Below are positions 1 through 8,532 of a DNA stretch of 32,000 nt, piece after piece. A program made the translations under genes and the position numbers. The DNA comes from Desulfobulbus propionicus DSM 2032 (GTDB taxonomy: Bacteria > Desulfobacterota > Desulfobulbia > Desulfobulbales > Desulfobulbaceae), in NCBI RefSeq assembly GCF_000186885.1, contig NC_014972.1, positions 3,819,870 through 3,851,869 of the forward strand, given 5' to 3'. The stretch's first letter is position 1; each line of letters opens with the position of its first letter. Under the pieces are notes generated by a model. It was given only the letters and a program-made list of their open reading frames with translations, had not been told where the DNA came from and searched no databases.

Positions 1-447
1 CCGGCCCTGGACGACAAGGGACGGCCCAAATTCGCCTACAGCCGCCTGATCCACGAAAACTGCGAACGCAGGCCCCACTTTGACGCCGGCCGTTTTGCCG
101 AGGAGTTCGGCGACGAAGGCCATCGCCAGGGCTACTGCCTCTACAAACTGGGGTGCAAGGGACCGGAGACGTATAACAACTGCGCCACCCTGCCGTTCAA
201 CGACACCCCCGGCTGTTGGCCGGTGGCCACCGGCTCGCCCTGCTTCGGTTGTTCCGAGGACAAGGTCGGTTTCCACAGCCCCCTGTTTTCCAAGGCAAAG
301 GTCGCCTTCCCCACGCCGCCGGCACAACAGCCCGACGCGGTTCCGCCCAAGGGCGGTGGCGCCAAGAATTTCGCCTATGGCGTGGCCGGAGCGGCCATCG
401 GCGCGGCGGCGGTGGCCCTGTCACAGCGGGGCGGCAAGGAAGACTGA
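1..447 (+). CDS. hybO: NiFe hydrogenase small subunit, C-terminal part (5' truncated by window edge)
   Basis: Frame 1 reads PALDDKGRPKFAYSRLIHENCERRPHFDAGRFAEEFGDEGHRQGYCLYKLGCKGPETYNNCATLPFNDTPGCWPVATGSPCFGCSED..., the distal FeS-cluster Cys pattern of uptake hydrogenase small subunits, followed by a C-terminal hydrophobic anchor (FAYGVAGAAIGAAAVAL) and a stop at 447. Confidence 0.93.
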   Translation, partial: PALDDKGRPKFAYSRLIHENCERRPHFDAGRFAEEFGDEGHRQGYCLYKLGCKGPETYNNCATLPFNDTPGCWPVATGSPCFGCSEDKVGFHSPLFSKAKVAFPTPPAQQPDAVPPKGGGAKNFAYGVAGAAIGAAAVALSQRGGKED

Positions 448-468
448 ACATAGACCGGGAGTGTGAAC

Positions 469-1503
469 ACCATGGCAATCAACAGACGGGATTTTCTCAA
501 ATTTTCGGCGGGGGCCGGCCTGATGCTGACTGCGGCGCCGACGCGCGGCCAAGCGGCACCGCGCGGGGAGCTGCCGCCCGATGCGGTCGGCATCCTCTAT
601 GACGCGACCCTGTGCATCGGCTGCATGTCGTGCATGGTCAACTGCAAGAAAGCCAACTCCGAACCCGGCGGCGCCTTGTACCACAAGGAAACTGCCGGCC
701 AGATTCCCTTTGAATATCCGCAGGGCGATCCGATCTATGACGCCCCGGACAACCTCTCCTCCAAGACGCTGTGCGTGATCAAGGCCTACCGCGATGGTGA
801 CGGCGAGCAGCCCGGCCAGAGCGAAAAGGGCGGCCCGGCCTTCTCCTTTGTCAAGCAGCACTGTCTCCATTGTCTCGAACCGGCCTGCGTGTCGGTCTGC
901 CCGGTGGCGGCCCTGCAAAAGCAGCCGGACACCGGCATCGTCACCTACAACAAGAACCGCTGCTTTGGCTGCCGGTACTGTCAAATCGCCTGTCCCTTCG
1001 GTATTCCCGCCTATGAATGGGAAAAAGCCTCGCCCTCGGTGGTCAAGTGCCAGTTGTGCAATCATCGCTATGCCCAGGGAGGGTATTCCGCCTGCTGCGA
1101 ATTCTGTCCCACCGGCGCCTCGATCTTCGGCAAGGTCAAGGATCTGCGGGAAGAAGCCAAGCGCCGCCTGGCGCTCAAGCCCGGCGAGACCTACGCCTAT
1201 CCGGTCAAACGGGTCGACGGCGACGAGCGTACCGAACAGGTGGTGGCCGAGTATGTCAACCATGTGTACGGTCTGGAAGAGGCCGGCGGCACCCAATATC
1301 TCTTCCTCGCCGGGGTGAGCTTCGACAAGCTAGGTTTCAACCCCAGGATCACCAACCAGGTCTATCCCGATTTCACCTGGGATTACGTGTCCCATGTACC
1401 GGCCCTGATCGGCACCCTGCTGGTGGCCGGCACCGCGTTGCGGGTGGTAACCCAGAAGTTGGAGAAAAAAAACAATGACGCCGGGAAGGGGGATGCGTCC
1501 TGA
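469..1503 (+). CDS. hybA: Hydrogenase-2-type 4Fe-4S ferredoxin subunit (HybA-like), Tat-exported
   Basis: Tat motif RRDFLKF at the N-terminus; four Cys clusters (CIGCMSCMVNC, CLHCLEPACVSVCP, CFGCRYCQIACP, CQLCNHRYAQGGYSACCEFCP); C-terminal hydrophobic helix. The ORF track gives a start at 463; ATG at 469 is also possible. Confidence 0.92.
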   Translation, partial: TMAINRRDFLKFSAGAGLMLTAAPTRGQAAPRGELPPDAVGILYDATLCIGCMSCMVNCKKANSEPGGALYHKETAGQIPFEYPQGDPIYDAPDNLSSKTLCVIKAYRDGDGEQPGQSEKGGPAFSFVKQHCLHCLEPACVSVCPVAALQKQPDTGIVTYNKNRCFGCRYCQIACPFGIPAYEWEKASPSVVKCQLCNHRYAQGGYSACCEFCPTGASIFGKVKDLREEAKRRLALKPGETYAYPVKRVDGDERTEQVVAEYVNHVYGLEEAGGTQYLFLAGVSFDKLGFNPRITNQVYPDFTWDYVSHVPALIGTLLVAGTALRVVTQKLEKKNNDAGKGDAS

Positions 1504-1585
1504 CCCCACACGGACAACCTGTCTCGCGAACGTTGATATCAAGTGACATTCATCCCCCAGCAGCGGGAGTGTAAAGGAGAACACC

Positions 1586-3286
1586 ATGGCCCAAAAAATC
1601 ACCATTGATCCAGTCACCAGAATAGAGGGGCATCTGCGGATAGATTGCGAAGTCGACAACGGCAAGATCACCAATGCCTGGTCATCGGGACAGATGTGGC
1701 GGGGCATTGAAATCATCCTCAAAGGCAGGGATCCCCGGGATGCCTGGGCCTATACCCAGCGCATCTGCGGCGTCTGCACCACCGTCCACGCCATGGCCTC
1801 GGTGCGGGCGGTCGAGGATGCCCTGAAACTGGAGATTCCGCTCAACGCCCAGTACATCCGCAACATGATCGTCGGCGCTCACGGCATCCACGATCACATG
1901 GTTCATTTCTATCAGCTGTGCGCCCTCGACTGGGTGGACATCGTTTCCGCCACCACCGCCGATCCCCAGGCAACCGCCGCGCTCGGACAGAAGCTGTCCG
2001 GCTGGAAGGGCAACAGTGTCCAGGAGATCAAAGCGGTCCAGGACCGGCTGAAAAAATTCATCGCCAGTGGGCAATTGGGGATCTTTGCCAGCGGCTATTG
2101 GGGGCATCCGGCGATGAAACTCACCCCCGAGGTCAACCTGCTGGCCGCCACCCATTACCTGCAGGCCCTGGAATATCAGCGCAAGATCAATCAGGTGGTG
2201 GCAATTCTCGGCAGCAAGACGCCGCACATCCAGAACCTGGCGGTGGGTGGGGTTACCAACCCGATCAATCCCGACAGTCCGGCCAATCTGACGATTGAAA
2301 AATTGTTCCACATCAAGACCCTGATCGACGAGGTGGGCGATTTCATCAAGCAGGCCATGCTCACCGACGTGGCCGCGATCGGCGCCTACTACGCCGATTG
2401 GACCCAATACGGCGCCGGCGTGCTCAACTACCTGTCCGTGCCCGACATGCCCATGGACAGCAAGGGCACGACCTTTGCCCTGCCCGGTGGTTACATCCCG
2501 GGCGGTGATCTCGCCAAGTTCCGCCCGATCGCCAGCCAAAAGGAAACGGTGCTCTACGACTCGATCAAGGAGTCGATCAAACACGCTTGGTACAACGGCA
2601 ACTGGGACCGCTCCCCCTACGAGGGGGAAACAGTACCCAACTACACCGGATTCGAGTACGACAAGAAGTACTCATGGGTCAAGGCCCCCACCTTCATGGG
2701 GCAGCCGGCCCAGGTCGGCCCCCTGCCCCACGTGGTGGCCATGTATCTTGCCGGCCACCAAGCCACCAAGCAGTATGTCGATGCCACCCTGCAGACCGTC
2801 TCGGCCCTGGCCGGCGCCACGGTGGGCATTGACGCCCTCCACTCGACCATCGGTCGAATCGCCGCCCGGGTGGTACGCTGCGCCGTGCTTCATGATACCT
2901 TGAGCGTCCAGTGGCAGGCCCTGATCGACAACATCGGCAAGGGGGACCTCGATACCTTCAACGCCCCGGTTTTTCCACGGGGCGAGCAACGCGGCGTCGG
3001 GTTCCACGAAGCCCCGCGCGGCACCTTGTCCCACTGGATCGTGATCGAAAACGGCAAGATCAAGAATTATCAGGCGGTGGTGCCCTCCACCTGGAACGCC
3101 GGGCCGCGCAACGACCAGGGGGCGCTCGGCCCCTACGAGGCCTCGCTGGTGGGCAATCCGGTGGCCAACGCCGAACTGCCGCTGGAGGTGCTGCGCACGG
3201 TTCATAGCTTTGATCCCTGCCTGGCCTGCGCCATCCACCTGGTCGACGGCCGCAAGACCCCGATCACCAAGGTCAGAGTGCTGTGA
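1586..3286 (+). CDS. hybC: NiFe hydrogenase large subunit
   Basis: N-terminal RICGVCTTVHA (L1-type motif) and C-terminal DPCLACAIH followed by a 15-aa tail (LVDGRKTPITKVRVL) expected to be removed by a maturation protease. SD-like aaaggag is upstream. Confidence 0.97.
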   Translation: MAQKITIDPVTRIEGHLRIDCEVDNGKITNAWSSGQMWRGIEIILKGRDPRDAWAYTQRICGVCTTVHAMASVRAVEDALKLEIPLNAQYIRNMIVGAHGIHDHMVHFYQLCALDWVDIVSATTADPQATAALGQKLSGWKGNSVQEIKAVQDRLKKFIASGQLGIFASGYWGHPAMKLTPEVNLLAATHYLQALEYQRKINQVVAILGSKTPHIQNLAVGGVTNPINPDSPANLTIEKLFHIKTLIDEVGDFIKQAMLTDVAAIGAYYADWTQYGAGVLNYLSVPDMPMDSKGTTFALPGGYIPGGDLAKFRPIASQKETVLYDSIKESIKHAWYNGNWDRSPYEGETVPNYTGFEYDKKYSWVKAPTFMGQPAQVGPLPHVVAMYLAGHQATKQYVDATLQTVSALAGATVGIDALHSTIGRIAARVVRCAVLHDTLSVQWQALIDNIGKGDLDTFNAPVFPRGEQRGVGFHEAPRGTLSHWIVIENGKIKNYQAVVPSTWNAGPRNDQGALGPYEASLVGNPVANAELPLEVLRTVHSFDPCLACAIHLVDGRKTPITKVRVL

Positions 3287-3297
3287 ACGGGGGCGGG

Positions 3298-3792
3298 ATG
3301 AAGGCGCTGGTGCTGGGCATCGGCAATCTGCTGATCGGCGACGAGGGCGTCGGCTGCCGGACAATTGAGGAGCTGTCCCGCCGCTACACCCTGCCGCCCG
3401 AGGTGGAATGCGTCGATGGCGGAACGGCCGGATTTGAGCTCTTGGCCATGCTCGACAGCAAGGACCACGTCATCCTCATCGATGCCCTGCGGGGCGACCG
3501 CGAGCCGGGAACCGTGGTCCTGGTCGAGGGCGACCATGTGCCCAAGGCCTTTCTCGCCCGCACCACCCCGCACCAGCTGGGCATCTGCGACGTGCTCGCC
3601 GCGGCCCAGCTCACCGACACCATGCCCAGACACCTGACCCTCTACGGCATAGAGCCCAAACAACTCGATGTCGGCATCGGCCTCTCCCCGGAGGTGGAGG
3701 CCGGAATGGAGAAAACCATCGGAGCCGTGGTCGAACAACTCCGTCACTTTGGATATGAGGTGAAACGCAATGGAATCGAATCCAAACATTAA
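3298..3792 (+). CDS. hybD: Hydrogenase maturation endopeptidase (HybD/HyaD family)
   Basis: MKALVLGIGNLLIGDEGVGCRTIEEL...VECVDGGTAGFELL...DHVILIDAL, typical of the family. A GTG start at 3283 is an alternative. Confidence 0.93.
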   Translation: MKALVLGIGNLLIGDEGVGCRTIEELSRRYTLPPEVECVDGGTAGFELLAMLDSKDHVILIDALRGDREPGTVVLVEGDHVPKAFLARTTPHQLGICDVLAAAQLTDTMPRHLTLYGIEPKQLDVGIGLSPEVEAGMEKTIGAVVEQLRHFGYEVKRNGIESKH

Positions 3793-4894
3793 AACGTGGA
3801 CGCCGGCGACCATCGTCATGGTGGTGCTGATCATCGTCGGAACCGTGGTCGCCCTCTATCGAATACTGTCTGGCCTCGGGGCGGTCACCAACATGAACGA
3901 CGGCTACCCGTGGGGCTTCTGGCTCGGCCTCGACGTGCTCGGCGGCGTGGCCATGGCGGCGGGCGGGTTCATCATCGCCTGCGCCGTCTACCTGTTCAAT
4001 TGGAAAAAATACCGGCCCATCGTCCGTCCGGCCATCCTCACCGCCTTTCTCGGTTACCTGATGGCGGTGGCGGCCATTTTCCTCGACATCGGCCACCCCT
4101 TCCGTTTGCCGCACCCCATGGTCATGTGGCAGTACCACTCGGTCATGTGGGTCGTGGCGATGCACGTCATCTTCTACACCACCACCCTGGCCCTGGAGTT
4201 CAGCCCTATGCTTTTTGAACGGCTGGGCTGGGAAAAGGCGCGCCGGGCCGTGGGCAAGGTGATGGTCGGCGCGGTCATCTTCGGCGTCATGCTCTCCACC
4301 TTGCACCAATCGTCGCTGGGCGCGGTGTTCCTGATCGCCCCCTCCAAGATGTCGCCGCTGTGGTGGGATACCAAGATGCCCTTTCACTTCCTGGTTTCCG
4401 CCGTGGCCATGGGCCTGAGCATGGTCAGCTTCGAAACCATGCTCAGCGCCAAGTTCCTCGGTCACAAGGTCGACAAGGAAATCTTTTTCGGCCTGGGACG
4501 GGGCGTGCTTATCGTGCTGAGCTTTTATCTGCTGCTCAAACTCTACCAGCTGTTTGCCGTCGCCAGTCCTGGCATGGCCTTCGACGGCTCGCTCGAGGGC
4601 AACATGTATCTGTTGGAGATGTTGATCGGGGTCATCCTGCCCATCGGTCTGCTCAGTCTCAAAACGGTGCGCACCAACGTCAACGCCCTCTTTTCGATCA
4701 ATATGCTGGTGATCACCGGCGTGCTGCTCAACCGGATGAACGTCTGTTTGTTCAGCATGGAAAGTTACAACACCTGGCGGGGTTCCGCCTACTCGCCCTC
4801 ATGGATGGAGTTTTTGGTGTCGCTGGGCATCATTTCCCTGGGCGTATTTCTCTACAAAATGTCGGCCAAGCACCTGCCCTTGTTCTCCCACTGA
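3770..4894 (+). CDS. hybB: Ni/Fe-hydrogenase membrane subunit, NrfD/HybB family quinone-interacting protein
   Basis: Many hydrophobic helices, with MNDGYPWGFWLGLDVLGGVAMAAGGF...IGHPFRLPHPMVMWQYHSVMWVVAMHVIFY...LSTLHQSSLGAVF, typical of HybB. Overlaps the 3' end of hybD by 23 nt. Confidence 0.93.
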   Translation: MESNPNIKTWTPATIVMVVLIIVGTVVALYRILSGLGAVTNMNDGYPWGFWLGLDVLGGVAMAAGGFIIACAVYLFNWKKYRPIVRPAILTAFLGYLMAVAAIFLDIGHPFRLPHPMVMWQYHSVMWVVAMHVIFYTTTLALEFSPMLFERLGWEKARRAVGKVMVGAVIFGVMLSTLHQSSLGAVFLIAPSKMSPLWWDTKMPFHFLVSAVAMGLSMVSFETMLSAKFLGHKVDKEIFFGLGRGVLIVLSFYLLLKLYQLFAVASPGMAFDGSLEGNMYLLEMLIGVILPIGLLSLKTVRTNVNALFSINMLVITGVLLNRMNVCLFSMESYNTWRGSAYSPSWMEFLVSLGIISLGVFLYKMSAKHLPLFSH

Positions 4895-5006
4895 TCGCCG
4901 GAGAAACGCTTCATGCGGACGATGCGCACCGTTTTCGACCGCATGGGGCGCAGGCCAGCATACTTGGCCGATCAACACAGGCCTCAACGATAAACGGACG
5001 CTTTCC

Positions 5007-5327
5007 ATGCACATCGTGAAATCATCCAGTGCACGCGGTGTTGTCGCGCTCGGCTGTCTGCTCGCGGCCACGGTGCTGCCGCCAGCCGGCTCAGCCGCGG
5101 CTGGCGAAAATTGTCAGGAACTGGTGCGGAATAAATGCGCCACGTGCCATTTCGTCACCTACATTTGTCCCAAGATCAAACAAGGCAAGGGCCGTTTCAC
5201 CTGGAAAGGCATCGTCAAGGACATGGTCAAGGAAGGGATGGTGGCCACCGACCGGGAGCAGGAGCAACTGGTCGATTGCCTGGCCGTTCCGGACGCCCCG
5301 GTCAAGGCCTTTTGTCCAGCGCGATAA
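5007..5327 (+). CDS. Small exported monoheme c-type cytochrome
   Basis: 106 aa with an N-terminal signal-like segment (VVALGCLLAATVLPPAGSAAA) and a single CxxCH heme motif (CATCH); downstream FTWKGIVKDMVKEGM could supply the distal Met. Confidence 0.75.
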   Translation: MHIVKSSSARGVVALGCLLAATVLPPAGSAAAGENCQELVRNKCATCHFVTYICPKIKQGKGRFTWKGIVKDMVKEGMVATDREQEQLVDCLAVPDAPVKAFCPAR

Positions 5328-5344
5328 GCACCGGTCCGCATCAC

Positions 5345-5390
5345 AACAGCAACGGGGAGAACGGCCAAGACCGTTCTCCCCGTTGCTGTT
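5345..5390. terminator. Intrinsic terminator-like hairpin, probably bidirectional, between convergent genes
   Basis: Perfect 20-bp stem aacagcaacggggagaacgg / ccgttctccccgttgctgtt with a 6-nt loop (ccaaga). The T tract on either side is weak. Confidence 0.7.
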
Positions 5391-5492
5391 TGTTGCCAAT
5401 TGACTCTCCGGTAGTTGTTTTCGCATCGCTTCGGCGGGAGATGCACAACCAGGCGCCGTGCCGGAAGAGGGGCGTTGTCACGCCCCAACCGT

Positions 5493-6125
5493 TCACTGTT
5501 CGATAACCGTCGTTTCGGTGATGGTGGTGGTCACGTTCACCAGCTCCTCCTCCCGTGCGGCATTGAAGTCGCCCAGGGTCTTGGCCCCGCCATAGAGTTC
5601 CACCTCCCCGGGAAAGCGGATGCCGATTTCCGAATAGGGGAACATGACCTTGGCGTCGAGAAAGAAGTCGTTGGCCAGGCTGTAGCCCGCGCCCAAAGCC
5701 CCCTGGACGTGGTTGTTGCCATAAAACCCGAGCAGTTCCGCAGAGGGATTCAAACTGTTGAACAGTTCGACAAACAGATTGCCTTCCACCCCATAGACCC
5801 GGTTGCCCTGGTCAATATCCGAAACGGAGGTGTGCTCCTCGGTGCTGACAAGAACCCCCTGTTCGTACCTGTTGGTCACGTGATGGGTGAGTGTGATCTC
5901 GTCCTCTTCCACCTCGGCATACTGGCAGGTCACGCCCAGCCTGATGGTCGAGGGATCGAAAAAGGAACGGTTGGCACTCAGGGCAAACGGAACCTGGATG
6001 ATTCCACCGACCCTGATCTCGTCGTCGGCATGGACCGGCGAGGTCAGCATGACAGACGACAACCCAATCAGCGCGGCGGAGAGGATCGGTCGACGCAGGG
6101 AGGAATGCGGTTGCGTTCTTTTCAT
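5493..6125 (-). CDS. Hypothetical exported protein, possible small outer-membrane or surface protein
   Basis: Starting at ATG 6125 (MKRTQPHSS...) there is a signal peptide (LSAALIGLSSVMLTSPVHA) and a strong SD (aggaga). The mature part has alternating beta-like segments. The ORF track start at 6272 is probably too long. Confidence 0.65.
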   Translation of the reverse strand: MKRTQPHSSLRRPILSAALIGLSSVMLTSPVHADDEIRVGGIIQVPFALSANRSFFDPSTIRLGVTCQYAEVEEDEITLTHHVTNRYEQGVLVSTEEHTSVSDIDQGNRVYGVEGNLFVELFNSLNPSAELLGFYGNNHVQGALGAGYSLANDFFLDAKVMFPYSEIGIRFPGEVELYGGAKTLGDFNAAREEELVNVTTTITETTVIEQ

Positions 6126-6459
6126 AGTTTCTCCTGATGAACAAACATGAGTTAGCGAATTTTTCACCGGAGGATAGGAAGCACTTTTCCGCAATTTTTT
6201 CAATAGGATCTTGAAGAATATTTTCAGAAACCATTGCTGAAAAGTATTTTCACCGCAATGCAGTTGGCTCATTGTGCCGCTTGCCGCCGAAATCCTGCGG
6301 CGGTGATCGCGCCGACAAGCCTCCTGGTTCGATGAAAAGCTGTTGACTGTTGGCAGGCGATTATCTATTAGTCATCATTTCGCCCTGTTTGGGAGGCCGT
6401 GCACGTCGCAATGCCGCTGCCGTGTCCCTCATTCCGGGCACTGCTCAGCGGAGACGGAT

Positions 6460-6975
6460 ATGGTGGGGTACGTTCAGGTCTATACCGGGGACGGCAAGGG
6501 CAAGACCACCGCAGCCCTTGGATTGGCTTTGCGGGCTGCCGGCGCCGGGCTCAAGGTCTACATCGGCCAGTTGATCAAAAACGCCGACTACAGTGAGCTC
6601 AACGTGTTGGAGCGCCTTGCCGATTGCATCACCGTTAGGCAGTTCGGAAGGGGCTGTTTCTTGCTCACCGAGCCCTCCCCAGGCGACAGGGACGCGGCCC
6701 GTCATGCCCTGGAGGAGATTGGGCAGGTGCTGCGGGCGGGCGAACACGAGGTGGTCATCGCCGACGAGGCCAATGTGGCCTGTGCCTTGGGGCTGCTCAC
6801 CGAGGCCGACTTGCTGGCGCTGATCGACCAGCGGCCGCCGCAGGTGGAACTGGTGCTGACTGGACGAGGCGCGCCGGCATCGGTGCTGGCCCGTGCCGAT
6901 CTGGTCACCGAGATGCGGGCGGTGAAGCATTACTACGACCGGGGCGTTCTCGCCCGCAAGGGCATTGAAGGCTAA
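6460..6975 (+). CDS. cobO: Cob(I)yrinic acid a,c-diamide adenosyltransferase (CobO/BtuR/CobA family)
   Basis: MVGYVQVYTGDGKGKTTAALGLALRAAGAGLKVYIGQLIK (P-loop) ... DEANVACALGL ... ELVLTGRGAP, typical of CobO. The ATG at 6460 fits family length better than 6343. Confidence 0.92.
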   Translation: MVGYVQVYTGDGKGKTTAALGLALRAAGAGLKVYIGQLIKNADYSELNVLERLADCITVRQFGRGCFLLTEPSPGDRDAARHALEEIGQVLRAGEHEVVIADEANVACALGLLTEADLLALIDQRPPQVELVLTGRGAPASVLARADLVTEMRAVKHYYDRGVLARKGIEG

Positions 6976-7020
6976 CCGAGGATGAGGAGCGGCCTGTTGC
7001 CGTCTCCCGCGGAGGCAAGT

Positions 7021-8532
7021 ATGTCGAACGAAGCAGCCTGTCTGGCGGTGCTTGGCACCGGTTCGGACGTGGGCAAGAGTATCGTCACCACCGCCCTGTG
7101 CCGGATCTTCGCCAACCGGGGCATCCGGGTGGCGCCGTTCAAGGCCCAGAACATGTCGAACAATTCCGGGGTCACTCCGGAAGGGGCGGAGATGGGCCGG
7201 GCCCAGATCGTCCAAGCCGAGGCGGCCCGGGTGGCGCCGCACTGCGACATGAACCCCGTGCTGCTCAAGCCGGTCAGCGATGTCGGCTCGCAGGTGGTGC
7301 TCAACGGCGTGGCCTGGATGGACGCCTCCTCCCAATCCTACTACACCAAAAAAGACTATCTCTTTACCGAGAGCTGCGCGGCCCTGGCCCGGCTGCGCGC
7401 CAGCTGCGATCTGGTGATCATGGAGGGGGCCGGTTCCTGCGCCGAGGTCAATCTGATGGCGCATGACATCGTCAACCTGCGCATGGCCGCCCATGCCGGG
7501 GCGCCGGTGATTCTTGTCGCCGACATCGATCGGGGCGGAGTGTTCGCCCAGATCGTCGGCACCCTGGCCTGTGTCTCGCCCGAGCAGCAGGCCCAGATCC
7601 GCGGCTTTGTCATCAACCGGTTCCGGGGCGATATCAGCCTGTTCCAACCCGGGATCGACTGGATCGAGCGGCGCACCGGCAAACCGGTCTACGGGGTGCT
7701 GCCCTGGTACAAACATTTCCACATCGAGGCCGAGGATGCGGTGGTGATCGAGAACGCCCCCAGGTTCAGCCCCGATGCTGTCGCCGAACCAACCATCGGT
7801 GTTATCCGCCTCCCCCATATCTCCAACTTCACCGATTTCGATCCCCTGGCCCAGCTCCCCGGCTGCCGGCTGGTCTACCTGCAGCAACCGCAGGAGCTGG
7901 AGCAACTCAAGGCCGTGATCCTGCCCGGATCCAAGGCCACCTGCGCCGATCTGCAGTGGCTGGCGGACAGCGGCTGGCGCGACCATCTGCTGCGCTATGC
8001 GGCCGCCGGCGGTCACCTGCTCGGCATCTGCGGCGGCTACCAGATGCTCGGCACCTGGGTGCATGATCCGGACGGCATCGAAGGCCCGCCCGGTTCGACC
8101 GCCGGACTCGGCCTGCTGCCGGTGGAAACGGTGCTCAGGGCACCCAAGACCACCACCCTGACCGATTTTTCCTGGGACGGGATTCCCGGCAAGGGCTACG
8201 AGATCCACATGGGCCGGACCGAACCGCCCGCGGGCCAGGCGTTGGTGCGGGTGGAGCGCCGCAACGGCGTGGCCTGCACGGATCAGGACGGCTGCATCAG
8301 TGCGAACGGCCGGGTGATCGGCACCTACATGCACGGTCTGTTCGACGCCCCGGCCATCACCCGGTGCTGGCTGGCTGGCGTCGGCCTGGAAGACATCGCC
8401 GTGGACACCCTCCACGGCCCGGCGGCTCGCGACCAAGCCTACGAACAGCTGACGGCCCATGCCGGCCGCCACCTGGACATTGCCGCGATCATCGCCTTGT
8501 TGCCACCGGAGCTGCAGGAGCGACTGCGATGA
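7021..8532 (+). CDS. cobQ: Cobyric acid synthase (glutamine-hydrolysing)
   Basis: LAVLGTGSDVGKSIVTTALCRIFANRGIRVAPFKAQNMSNN...LLGICGGYQMLG, with N-terminal synthetase and C-terminal class I GATase. The ORF track starts at 6982; ATG 7021 is preferred. Confidence 0.95.
   Translation: MSNEAACLAVLGTGSDVGKSIVTTALCRIFANRGIRVAPFKAQNMSNNSGVTPEGAEMGRAQIVQAEAARVAPHCDMNPVLLKPVSDVGSQVVLNGVAWMDASSQSYYTKKDYLFTESCAALARLRASCDLVIMEGAGSCAEVNLMAHDIVNLRMAAHAGAPVILVADIDRGGVFAQIVGTLACVSPEQQAQIRGFVINRFRGDISLFQPGIDWIERRTGKPVYGVLPWYKHFHIEAEDAVVIENAPRFSPDAVAEPTIGVIRLPHISNFTDFDPLAQLPGCRLVYLQQPQELEQLKAVILPGSKATCADLQWLADSGWRDHLLRYAAAGGHLLGICGGYQMLGTWVHDPDGIEGPPGSTAGLGLLPVETVLRAPKTTTLTDFSWDGIPGKGYEIHMGRTEPPAGQALVRVERRNGVACTDQDGCISANGRVIGTYMHGLFDAPAITRCWLAGVGLEDIAVDTLHGPAARDQAYEQLTAHAGRHLDIAAIIALLPPELQERLR

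Noticed and set aside
3260-3286. Possible selenocysteine variant of the NiFe hydrogenase large subunit
   Set aside because: The C-terminal motif is DPCLACAIH with ordinary Cys codons and no in-frame TGA before the true stop, so it is a standard Cys-type enzyme.
6300-6459. Cobalamin riboswitch upstream of cobO
   Set aside because: Expected from the pathway context, but I could not find a convincing B12-box sequence by eye. Not listed as a feature; an Infernal scan would decide.
6445-8472. 675-aa minus-strand ORF antisense to cobO/cobQ
   Set aside because: It lies entirely opposite confidently assigned cobalamin genes, is compositionally biased and has no recognisable domain. It fits a high-GC shadow ORF.
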